Origin: Octopus sinensis
Lineage: Eukaryota
Direction: 5' to 3'
Assembly (NCBI RefSeq): GCF_006345805.1
Contig: NW_021833171.1
Location: 1-29,048, forward strand
Length of the DNA stretch: 29,048 bases
The notes under the pieces were generated by a model. The model saw only the letters and a list, made by a program, of their open reading frames with translations, did not search any database and was not told where the DNA came from. Of the stretch, positions 1 through 9,718 are shown piece after piece. The position numbers and the translations under genes are program-made. How positions within the stretch are numbered: the first letter of the stretch is position 1; the number at the start of each line of letters is the position of its first letter.

Positions 1-178
1 CAGTGCCTAGTAGTGCAATTTTCTGTATGTTATATGTGTTTGTAAGTCCTGGTGTTTTTGTTATGGATCTTGTCTGAAATTTTTTATATGCCTATGCACC
101 TACTGTGATAGGAATTGTTTCTGTTTTCAGATTCCACATTCTGGTACCTCTATCTCTCAGGTCTTGTATTTTGAGAGT
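1..178 (-). mobile_element. R4/Dong-type non-LTR retrotransposon, 3' fragment (C-terminus of restriction-like endonuclease), decayed, runs off the window
   Basis: Minus-strand translation with frameshifts and a stop gives LSKY..//MWNLKTETIPITVGA*..ITKTPGLTNTYNIQKIALLGT. This matches the KY.DL..E..R.W......P..VGALG...Q...LLGTA.IL C-terminus of R4/Dong ORFs. The 5' junction abuts a (TAA)n tract. Confidence 0.8.
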
Positions 179-186
179 TATTATTA

Positions 187-217
<31 letters not shown>

Positions 218-245
218 TTATTATTATAGTATTATATTATTATTA
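178..245. repeat. imperfect (TAT/TAA)n microsatellite
   Basis: Directly visible tandem ATT repeats. Confidence 0.95.
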
Positions 246-436
246 AGTCAGCGAGTTGGCAAAAAGGTTTGGCGACATTTTCGTCTGCCTTTACGTTCAA
301 ATTCCGTCGAGGTCATCTCTGCCTTTCATAGAGTTTGGGATCGATAAAATAACTACCAGTAAATCACTGGGGGTCGATGTAATTAACTCACCCTCCACCC
401 GCACCCCACCCGAAATTGCTACCCTTGTGCCAACAT
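246..436 (+). mobile_element. tRNA-derived SINE, family A
   Basis: Shares motifs (gcgagctggcag...ttcaaattccgccgaggtcgac...ggggtcgatgtaat...ccttgtgcc) with at least 6 other copies in this window. Confidence 0.8.
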
Positions 437-459
437 TTTTCGTCATTGTTGTTGTTGTT

Positions 460-1240
460 TACTTCCTGTTATTTGTCCTGTCGTTCTTCATTCTGTTCTT
501 AAATTCTCTTACAATATCTTTGGGGTTTGATGGTATTTTTCGCCACTGAGATTATTCTTTCTTCACTAAGCACAACATAGTTTTTCAAATCCAATATCGC
601 AGAACTGATGAGGTTATCAACGTTTAACAAACCTCTGCTTCCTTCCTTTCTTAATAAGTGAAGCCTGTCAATATTACATTTCGTGTAATGCGTGCCGTGC
701 ATTTCGAGTAGTTCTTCATTTCTCCTGTTTAATTCCACTAGCTCTGCCTTTGTCCATTCAAGAAGAGAAGTAGATTATCTTAAAGCCATGGATTCATTGC
801 CTTAATGCCATTCTTCTCCTTCAGTTTTGATTCGTGGATCTTAATCATACTCTTTCTTGAACTCTTTCGAGATTTTCTTTCCCATTCCTCTGTCCATTTC
901 TTGGCGCTTTGAACACCCCAAAATACTTTTAATCCTTCCTTATCTCTCAGCGATCCAATATCATCTTGTAATACTTTTATGCCAATATATTAAATCTTTT
1001 GGCTATTCTTCATTATTAAAACTGCAAATATATTTACCCAAAAATCTATGTCAATACCCTTGATGAATTCTCTTCATTTTTGGATGAGATAATCAATGTC
1101 TTTTTCCATTTCTTGTGTATAGATTGCAGCCATCTCTATATCACAGGTGACTTATTTTTATCCTTACTTCCATAAGCTCATAGGCAACCTGGAGATTCTC
1201 TGTATGTTTGTCAAAGGGAATGACTGAAAGAGGGAGGCTC
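460..1240 (-). pseudogene. R4/Dong-type LINE reverse transcriptase C-terminal half, heavily decayed
   Basis: Frame-shifted minus-strand translation gives ISHL*YRDGCNLY (decayed HLLYMDDLKLY), DFWVNIFAVLIMK, KYFGV, ESKLKEKNGIKAMNPW, EWTKAELVELNRRNEELLEMHGTHYTKCNIDRLHLLRKEGSRGLLNV. These follow the order and spacing of the R4/Dong RT and post-RT (DRLYLPRKEGGRGL) motifs. Confidence 0.85.
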
Positions 1241-1329
1241 CGTGCAGATCCCACCTACCTATTTTCATACAATTTTTAAGCATGGACAAAATTCCTTGAG
1301 GAGTCTAATTACAGTTTTTGTTTTGTTTT

Positions 1330-1415
1330 TTAACGTCTTGAATACAAAACTCACCGAGGTCGATGTTCATGTCGCCTTTCAAGGATCGATAAAATCAAAT
1401 AACAGGTTGAGTTAC
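1330..1415 (+). mobile_element. degenerate SINE family A fragment
   Basis: ccgaggtcgat...ggatcgataaaat...caggttgag matches the middle of the other family A copies. Confidence 0.55.
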
Positions 1416-1599
1416 ACAAACGCAATGGGTCCATTAATGGAATTAACGTAATATTTTTAAACAAATTAAAGCAACAAAACAAGTGTAATATTTCACTTGA
1501 ATATATTATATCTATATAACTTACATACAACCGGTTTCATCCAGTCAGGTGTGCATTTATTAAATCAAGATTCTTACATACAGTTGAGAATTTTGTCGT

Positions 1600-1648
1600 G
1601 GGATACAGAACTAGGGATAGAGAACTAGGGATAGAGAATTAGGGTACC
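1600..1648. repeat. 14-bp tandem repeat, about 3.5 copies (GGGATAGAGAACTA)
   Basis: gggatacagaacta gggatagagaacta gggatagagaatta gggtacc. Confidence 0.85.
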
Positions 1649-1884
1649 AGTTCTAAGACAAAGAACTAAACGACATGGTTTTTAAGCAATGAAGTAGAGA
1701 GTGTTGAGTTTGGTTTTAAGGTGACAACTTGGGATTTCTAAGCAAATGTCTGCCCAGGAGACACTAATTGGCAGATACATTGAGCGAATCAGATCGATAG
1801 AGACAAAGGTAAATTACTCTTCTATATCTGCTAAGGCGTGGTTCAGTTGAATTTTGTTCAAGGTAGATTATAAATATCTAAGTG

Positions 1885-2072
1885 CATATTTTGATGTTCT
1901 GCGAATATTGGGTGATTTCTACCAACGTGGTATTGAAATATTGTTGAACATGGGAAGAAGTTTTAAAAAGCAAGGGTAAATACATTATTGATTAATTAGC
2001 TGTTATTTTTTATTAAACCTTTTAAAAATTAAAATTTTAAAAAACGGCGGTAACTTATCTGCCAACCCAATA
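1885..2072 (+). mobile_element. mariner (Tc1/mariner) 3' end with terminal inverted repeat
   Basis: Translation GDFYQRGIEILL/TWEEVLKSKGKYIID* resembles the mariner C-terminus (FYERGI..LV.RWE.VV...GEYIID*). It is followed by aaaaacggcggtaacttatctgccaacccaata, a typical mariner right TIR ending in TA. Confidence 0.75.
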
Positions 2073-2084
2073 TTATGTATATAT

Positions 2085-2220
2085 GAAAGATGCGGGATGC
2101 GTGTGTATATATATATATAGATAGATAGATAGATAGATACATACATACATACATACAACATACATACCTACATACATACAAACATATATATATATATAAA
2201 TACAGATATATATATATATA

Positions 2221-2281
<61 letters not shown>

Positions 2282-2310
2282 ATACACACACACTATTGTG
2301 GTGTGTGTAC
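2085..2310. repeat. compound (TA)n/(GATA)n/(CATA)n microsatellite
   Basis: Directly visible. Confidence 0.95.
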
Positions 2311-2649
2311 AAGAGTATTTGTCACACCAATATCAGAGGGTATTAACCTGTTAGCCTAAAGTATTTTTCGTAGATACAAAACAATATAACAGGTAATTAA
2401 GAAAACTATCAATCATTTAGCGAAACCAGTTCGCCGAGTGAAATAAATGGCGTTTGCCGTGAGAAAGGAGAGAAATGTGATGTTTCCATGCAGAAGTTTC
2501 CTTCACATATTTACAGCTGCCATATTTACTGCCTCTGCTCAACAAACAAGTTGTTGGTTGTTATAATAATTCTTTATTAATTTTTACTGTTAATTGATCT
2601 TCATGCACTACTTCTTAAGAGTGCAACATTTTGAGTAAATATTTACTCT

Positions 2650-3228
2650 TTCCTTTCCATCTTTCTTTCTCTTTCTCGCTCTCTGTCTTTCTTTCTTTTT
2701 CTAGCTCTTTCTATCTTTCTTCGATCTCTTTCTTTCTTTCTGTCTCTCTTTCTCTTTCTCATTTCTCTTTCTTTCTTATCTATCTCTCTTTCTTTTTCTC
2801 ATTTCTCTTTCTTTTTATCTACTCTTTCGCTTTCTCATTATCTTTCTTCTTTCTATCTCTCTCTCTTTCTTTTTCTCATTTCTCTTTCTTTTTATCTATC
2901 TCTTTCGCTTTCTCATTTCTCTTTCTTTCTTTCTATCTCTCTCTCTTTCTTTTTCTCATTTCTCTTTCTTTTTATCTATCTCTTTCTCTTTCTCATTTCT
3001 CTTTCTTTCTTTCTATCTCTCTTTCTTTCTATCTCTCTCTCTTTCTCTTTCTCATTTCTCTTTCTTTCTTTCTGTATCTCTCTTATTTCTCAATTCTTTT
3101 TCTTTCTATCTCTCTTTTTCTTTCTTTCTTTCTTTTTTCGGGCTCTCTCTTTCTTTCTTTCTTTATTTATTTATTTATTTATTCTCTCTCTCTCTCTCTT
3201 TCTCTTTCTTATTCCCCTTTCTTTCTCT
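2650..3228 (+). repeat. about 580-bp polypyrimidine tract with an internal repeat of about 80-bp period
   Basis: Almost only C and T. The unit ttttctcatttctctttctttttatctatctctttcgc... recurs near 2794, 2871 and 2951. Confidence 0.9.
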
Positions 3229-3236
3229 AGTTATCT

Positions 3237-3533
3237 TGTGGCTCAATGCTTAGAGCAGTCGGCTCACGATCCCAATGTCGTGAGTTCGATTCTTGACGTC
3301 GTGTTGTGTCCTTTCAGTAAGACATTTTATTTCTCGTGGCCGCAGTTCATTTCAACTGGCAACAAAGAGTTGTAATCGTAAGAAAACAAACGGTCAGAAT
3401 CGTCACATTCTGCATCACACCGAATCTCCCTGACAACTACATTAAGGGTATGCATGTCTGTGGAGTACTCAGCCACATGCACATTAATTTCACGAGCAGA
3501 TTGTTCCACTGATCAATCAACTTGAACATTCGT
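3237..3533 (+). mobile_element. tRNA-derived SINE, family B (CORE-like central domain)
   Basis: A-box-like gtggctcaatgcttag and B-box-like gagttcgattc, followed by tgtgtcct...aagacattttatttc...gttcatttcaactgg. The reverse complement of 27933-28253 is clearly homologous. Confidence 0.8.
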
Positions 3534-3699
3534 TTTCTCCCCCCCTTCTCTCTCTCTCTCACTCACTTTTTCCCTCTGCCTGACGAAGACGCATTCTTGC
3601 TCACAAAATGCTGTCAGACTTCTCGCTTCTTTCATAAGTTAAAATAATTCATTCCATATTTATAACTTCTTATTTTAATACTACAAGCGTATAAGTTCG

Positions 3700-3819
3700 C
3701 CCTAAATACATCAAGCCACTGCTCAACCGGTACTTATTTTTTTAGCCCCGATACGATGAAACGTAAAGTCGACCTCGACGGAATTTGGCCTCAGAACGTA
3801 AAGACAGACAAAATGCCGA
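3700..3819 (-). mobile_element. SINE family A, partial
   Basis: aaagtcgacctcgacggaatttggcctcagaacgtaaagacagac is the reverse complement of the family A body. Confidence 0.75.
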
Positions 3820-3942
3820 TATATATATGTGTGTGTGTGTGTTTGTATTAATAATATGACAACAAAGAATGAATAAGACCTCGATATGTAAAATAGAGGA
3901 TTTTATTTATAAATACAATATGTGACAATTAGTTGGTTGTCA

Positions 3943-4005
3943 TAATAAAACTCAGAGTTTCGGATACTGGGATGGAAGACTGCTCCGGCATCTTATCAGT
4001 TATTA
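3943..4005 (-). ncRNA. type I hammerhead-ribozyme-like motif (core variant CUGAUAA)
   Basis: Minus strand reads taataa CTGATAA gatgccgga-gcagtcttcca-tcccagtatc c GAAA ctc t gag T T ttatta. Stem I is 6 bp, stem II about 7 bp, stem III is actc/gagt, and the triplet is GUU. Confidence 0.55.
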
Positions 4006-4094
4006 AGACAAAACGCTATGAAAAAGTTGACAAGTCAGTACCTTTAATTTACGGATTAGTGTGTGTGTATGGGCGCATGCGCAGAAAGAGAGAA

Positions 4095-4165
4095 ATGGTC
4101 GACCTCGGTACTGGACTGATACATTATCTTATTGACCCAAAGAGGATCAAATGTAAGATTACATT
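4095..4165 (-). mobile_element. degenerate SINE family A fragment
   Basis: gtcgacctcggtactggactgatac...attgacccaaagaggatcaaa resembles the reverse-complemented family A middle. Confidence 0.45.
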
Positions 4166-4649
4166 TTGATAGTATACAAATTCTTACTACAGATTGCCAG
4201 AATAAAGAACACAAGAACTTCTGATTCTCAGACGATTCCAACGTTACTCCGTTTTATGTTATTCTGATTAATTCTATGATATACAACGACTGCAGCATCA
4301 ACATTCGCAACTAAAAGAGTTCTTCATAAACACAGCAAAAACTTATCTAAAAAAAAACTATTTTCGATATTGAAACGTGAACAACAATAAAAACAACGAC
4401 AGTTATTTGCCAATAATAACAACAACTGCAACAACACGACCAACAAGAGCAACAACAGCGAAACAGCTATTAGCAATATTAAAAAAACAACAACAAATGT
4501 AGAAATCACTAATAGCAATACGAGACAAACACAGCGTGATAAGGTTTCTCAGAATTTTATAAACAATTCTTGAATTTCTATAGAATACTCGTGTGTTACC
4601 AAATTGTTTGAAATTTCTGGCAGAGACTACCGGATGTACAGAACTAGAA

Positions 4650-4921
4650 TATGCGTGTGTGTACACCCACATACATACATATATAACATACATACATGCA
4701 TGTATATATATATTATATTATATATAATATATATATTATATATATATATATATTTTATTATATATTTATATATATATATTATTTATATATATATATATAT
4801 GTAAATATATATCTATGTATATATGCATATACATACATATATATATATGTATATATATATATATACATATATACATATACATACATGCATAATATATAAT
4901 TAGATATATATATACATATCC

Positions 4922-4956
<35 letters not shown>

Positions 4957-4975
4957 ATATATATATATATACATA

Positions 4976-5019
<44 letters not shown>

Positions 5020-5055
5020 ATAAATATATATATATGCGTATATACGTATATAAAA
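4650..5055. repeat. (TA)n/(CATA)n low-complexity array
   Basis: Directly visible. Confidence 0.95.
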
Positions 5056-5457
5056 AGTGCTTAGAAAGAATTTTTGATACAATCACAATATTTGAAAAGA
5101 AGTTATTTTGAATTCGCCATTTACAGTGAACATCTAGACATTTGCGCAAATGAAAATTTCAAAATATTCACCCTTCATTTATTTTTTTTTTTTTTTCAGG
5201 AGGTAAAAGTTATGAACTACAAAAGCAAAAACAAGAATACTTTATAAAAGTTTTAAATCTGATACTGAATCGGAAATAATCAACATTGCTATCAAAAACA
5301 GTTTTCTCTATACAGATTACCACATAACACGTGTGTTTGAAAAGCTGTAAACAACAAAAGCGCTTTCAATATACGAAAACTTCTTTCTATAAGATTTGAG
5401 TCATTCCGCTTTTCAAAATTTTTTAATTAATTACATTTTCTAATTTATAAGCTATTT

Positions 5458-5459
5458 TC

Positions 5460-5525
<66 letters not shown>

Positions 5526-5559
5526 TAGATTGATAGATAGCTAGATAGATAGATAGATG

Positions 5560-5622
<63 letters not shown>

Positions 5623-5650
5623 TGATAGATAGGTAGGTAGATAGATAGAC
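5458..5650. repeat. (GATA)n tetranucleotide array
   Basis: Directly visible, about 45 units. Confidence 0.97.
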
Positions 5651-5741
5651 AAAAACATACTTGTTCTATGCATATACACATACATATATAACATATATAC
5701 ATATATAATACACACAAATATATATCTATTGCATTTATCAC

Positions 5742-5860
5742 GTACTTATTTCATGCATTTAACTGCGGCCAGGCTGGAGCACAGCCTTGAAGGGTTTTAA
5801 CTGATCACATCGACCCCACTGCTTCTGTTTTTCGTTGATACCTATTCTGTCATTAGGCAA
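5742..5860 (-). mobile_element. SINE family C 3' tail fragment
   Basis: Reverse complement gtgctccagcctggccgcagttaaatgcatgaaataagta matches the tail at 25649-25706. Assignment to family C relies on my recollection of the full-length element. Confidence 0.55.
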
Positions 5861-5914
5861 AAGAATGTAATCAAGTGTTGAGTTGACAGAAACTGGCGCA
5901 AAGACATATATATA

Positions 5915-6300
5915 CATACAACTGGTGTCATTGTGCGTTTCAGACCTTTGATCATCAGACACTTTTACGAAGGCTACCCAACAGGGTTCGATCTGGCTTT
6001 AATTTGCTTCCAAATATCAGCCACTATATTCCAAAGCTACCATTTGCATTTCTCTGCTGCGGCTTTTTACACCTCATCAGATCCAATCAAAATGATAGAA
6101 GAACCTGTCACAACGGAGAACCATCTACGAATATTTTAACCATATAATCCAAAAAAACGACGTACGCTTTCCCATCTGCTCATAATCCCTGCTATATACT
6201 CCTTCATTTCAACGGCCTCATTCAGTTTTCCTCTCTGCTTTCCATTAAACGCTTTGGAGAAAAGGTTGTTTGCCGCCTTGCTTTGAGTCATAACAACCTA
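5915..6300 (-). mobile_element. possible HERO-like (RLE-type) LINE 3' end, strongly decayed
   Basis: Minus-strand ..KAAAEKCKW*LWNIVADIW resembles the EAAEKASRWLW..R.DPW end of HERO ORFs. It is followed by gggtagcc...gtgtctgatgatcaaaggtctgaaacgcacaatgacaccag, which resembles HERO 3' UTRs as I recall them. Confidence 0.45.
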
Positions 6301-6569
6301 CATTATTGGTAAGAAAATGAATCCACTCTATCAGTTTCCGGGGCTTCCACTAGTATAGGTCACTTAAAGCATATCGCCGGCTGTTTCAAACCATCTTTGT
6401 CTACGATTTTCTCTCTGGTCATACATCGTCGTAATCTGATGGCGTCTTCAGGTCCATGAGTCTCAACATGATACGGTTTCGCAAATTTTCGGCTCAAAAT
6501 ATTCTTGAAATTACGGAGATGCATTTGCATAGCAAGTGCTTTGATCTGAGATCGTGTACTGAAACGAGA

Positions 6570-6826
6570 ACAATTGCAGCGTGGAAGTGTTGTAAGCCAT
6601 TTAAAGAAACACACAAAAGCCAGTTCGATTCACTTCAACATTTAAGTTTAATTTGTCAAAATATTTTGTAAGAGTCTTTAATGAACAGGTCTGTTAGCTT
6701 CCGCGAGGGTCATCGACAAAGCTGACCGAAAATATTTTGACAGTTTAAACTTAAATGTTGAAGTGAATCGAAACGGCTTTGTGTGGTTCTTAAATGGCTT
6801 ATAAACACCTTCCACGTTGCAATTGT
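6570..6826. repeat. long inverted repeat: 98-bp arms (6570-6667, 6729-6826) with a 61-bp spacer
   Basis: Manual alignment gives 7 substitutions and 4 one-base gaps in 100 columns, including a perfect 28-bp run (ttcgattcacttcaacatttaagtttaa). Confidence 0.95.
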
Positions 6827-6869
6827 ATTCTTGAAATGTTATACTGTTTAAAATATACTTAAGTTCGCT

Positions 6870-7220
6870 CTGTTACACACATGCACATACACGCACACAC
6901 ACTAAGACACACTCACACACACACACACTCACACAAACACATACACATAGACACATACAAACACGCACAAACACAAGCACAAGCAGGTGACTCCGGCTTA
7001 ATCGTGGGGTAATTACATGAGTGTAAGCGATAGTATACAGGCGTAAGTATGTAGGTCTGTGTATTTGCATATGCGTGTGTGTATGTGTGTATATGCGTAC
7101 TTATGCTTGCGATCATGCACAAACATTTTATGAATCTATGGCTAAACACACATATGTGTATATGCATATTTATGTGTGTGTATATATATTATATATATAT
7201 ATATACATATATATTCTCTT

Positions 7221-7261
<41 letters not shown>

Positions 7262-7348
7262 ATATATATATATGGTGGGGAGTTACTTTAAGAATACATG
7301 TCTCTCTCTCTCTCTTCATATATACATGTTTGTGTGCATGTGCGTGTG

Positions 7349-7384
<36 letters not shown>

Positions 7385-8116
7385 TTTCGGAATACATATC
7401 TATAAGTGTGAACTAATATGTCTACTTTTAATAAATCCATACAATTTTTTTACATATACAAACAGACATTCGCCAAAAAGAACGTGTGTTTGTGTTTGTG
7501 CGTTCATGTGTGTTTTGTTTTTATTCACAAAACTCTGCATATAATTATGGTAATGTAATATTGAGGGGGAGTTATTTTTCTTATATTTTCCCATTTCAAT
7601 TCTGTTAATGTATATAAACATCATTATGGTTTGCGCATAAAATTTTTATACAACATATGTGTGTGTGCTTACACGTACAAACGCCACACATATATACGTA
7701 TGCATACATTATATATATATATATATATATATATCTATATATATATATATGAATCATATTAGATATGTATGGGTGTTGCATATATCGTATATGTATTTAT
7801 ATATATCTATATATATATATATATATGTGTATGTGTGTGTGTGTGGTGTGTGAATATATATATACATTTATATATATACATATAAGTGCATTTATATCTC
7901 TATATCTTTATCTATGAACAAAAAATAGAGAGAGGGGGAGAGGGACAGAAAGACAGACAGATAGACGGACAGCCAGAGACTGTGAGAAACAGATTTATTT
8001 GTATATATATATATGATGCATGTGTAGCATCATTACATCGAGTTGCTATTCAATTATAGATACAGACATAGACTTATATGTGTGTGTATGTGCACACAAG
8101 CACGGGCCCGTGTATG

Positions 8117-8148
<32 letters not shown>

Positions 8149-8150
8149 CG
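6870..8150. repeat. mosaic of (CA)/(TG)/(TA)/(GA) microsatellites with short unique spacers
   Basis: Directly visible. Confidence 0.85.
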
Positions 8151-8210
8151 AAGACAGGTGTAGGAATAACAAGCAAGTGTATTAGTTTGACGCTCGGGAA
8201 AAATGGAAAA

Positions 8211-8249
8211 GCTTTTTACGTTTCGAGCCTACGCTCTTCAGCAGAAAGG
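8211..8249 (-). ncRNA. Penelope-type minimal hammerhead-like motif, degenerate core (CUGCUGA)
   Basis: Minus strand reads ccttt CTGCTGA a gagc gtag gctc GAAA c g T A aaaagc. It has a perfect 4-bp stem II, a palindromic ACGT stem III and a GUA triplet. Confidence 0.5.
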
Positions 8250-8312
8250 AATAAGAGGAAATAAACGGAGAGAGAATGAAATAAAATGAAAGAAAAATCA
8301 CGTGAGAGAGAG

Positions 8313-8407
8313 AAACACACCAGCATCGGTTGGCAAGCGATGTTGGAGGGACAAACACAAACACAAACATATACAACATATACATACATAACATAACATA
8401 TATTATA

Positions 8408-8463
<56 letters not shown>

Positions 8464-8613
8464 GACGCTTCTTTCTGTTTCTGTCTACCAAATCCACTCA
8501 CAAGGCTTTAGTCGGCCCGAGGCTATAGTAGAAGACACCTGCCCAATGTGCCCGCAGTGGGACTGAACCCGGAACCATGTGGTTGGTAAGCAAGCTACTT
8601 ACCACACAGCCAC
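8313..8613 (-). mobile_element. tRNA-derived SINE, family C, with an internal (TA)n microsatellite
   Basis: The minus-strand head gtggctgtgtggtaag...ggttccgggttcagtccc has A and B boxes. The body is shared with 17341-17490 and 14028-14071. Confidence 0.85.
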
Positions 8614-8870
8614 ACATGTGCCTATGTATACATATATACACTCATTGCTACATTCATACGTAGTGGAATTTGAGATAAATACCCGTAGATGTATTTAGTT
8701 GCCACATACGCTTCACCATTGGAAATCATCATTGGACGTTCCATACGCATTTGGATGCACAATTGCAATGGATCATCAAAGGAATATATTTTTTTTTTTT
8801 TTGCATTCTGTTACAGAGACTGAATATGTTAATATTGTTCTGTTTCCTGAAACATTGAAACTTTGAATAC

Positions 8871-8943
8871 TGGTGGTGGTGGTGGTGGTGGTGTGGTGGT
8901 GGTGGTGGTGGTTGTGGTTGTGGTGGTGGTGGTGGTGGTGGTG
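8871..8943. repeat. (GGT)n array
   Basis: Directly visible. Confidence 0.97.
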
Positions 8944-8957
8944 TCGTTCTAGCTTAC

Positions 8958-9080
8958 CTTGCAAACCCCTGAAACCGTCTCTGGACATTGTAACAAGCAG
9001 CCTCCGAAGACGAGACTGTAACCAGTGAAGTTGAGAACAGCCAAGTAACGACGGCCAGACCTGTCGTACGCTTTACAGTG
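8958..9080 (-). other. candidate exon (consensus donor AG|GTAAGC after 8958), product unknown
   Basis: Unique GC-balanced segment with all three minus frames open for about 120 nt. There is an ATG at 8988 with A at -3, and possible acceptors before 9015 and 9060. Confidence 0.25.
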
Positions 9081-9500
9081 ACATCAATTTATCAGACTCT
9101 TAACAAAGCAAGTCTAGTGCTGTCTTATCCTCTGTGATTTATCGCATGAGGTGAAGGTTACAATGCTTTTTTCTATTGTTATTGTCATTTATTTTCGTTA
9201 TTCGTTTTCCTTTCAAATTCATTATTAAGATTATTGTTATTGTTAATATAATTAAGTATTATTATAATCGTTACTGTTATTGCTAATATGGTTAACGTTG
9301 CTCTCGTTGTTTCTAGAGAGGTGGTGGTAGTGATTTGCTCAGATCATTAATGTTATTATTATTATTATTGTTTATTAACACTTTTTATTGTTACTGATGA
9401 TGATGCAGTTGTTATTGTTAATGTCTTTGTTGTTGTAATCATTATTAGATTTATATTAATGATTGATTACGTTATTATTTTAATAATTTTTATCAATCAA

Positions 9501-9712
9501 CGAACTGGCAGAATCGTTAACTCGCCGGACAAAATACTCAGCAGCGTTTCATCCGTGTTTACTTTCTGAGATCAAATTCCGCCGAGATCGACTTTCACTT
9601 TCATTCTTTCGGGGTTGATAAAAGAAAAAGCACCAGGTGTGTTCTGGGGGTCAATGTAATCGACGTACACTCCCCCTTGAAATTACTGGTCTCGTGCCAA
9701 AATTTGAAACCG
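9501..9712 (+). mobile_element. SINE family A, near full length (tail variant ...gtgccaaaatttgaaacc)
   Basis: cgaactggcagaatcgttaac...caaattccgccgagatcgactttc...ggggtcaatgtaatcgac. Confidence 0.85.
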
Positions 9713-9718
9713 TTACTT

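Noticed and set aside
3575-3620. ctgacgaagacgc...gctc..aaaatgctgtcag as a plus-strand hammerhead relic
   Set aside because: GAAA is missing, and stems I and III do not form in register.
5171-5280. Strong plus-strand acceptor (poly-T then CAG at 5197-5199)
   Set aside because: All frames stop within about 80 nt, there is no convincing donor, and poly-T may be a retroposon tail.
5920-5965. CTGATGA...GAAAC on the minus strand as a hammerhead
   Set aside because: No valid stem II after the core, no stem III, and the putative triplet is AUG rather than NUH.
8958-9080. Resemblance of the candidate exon frames to iGluR M1/pore loop or to a glypican N-terminus
   Set aside because: The matches need frame switches and wrong spacing, and there is no in-frame Met. 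Most likely coincidental.
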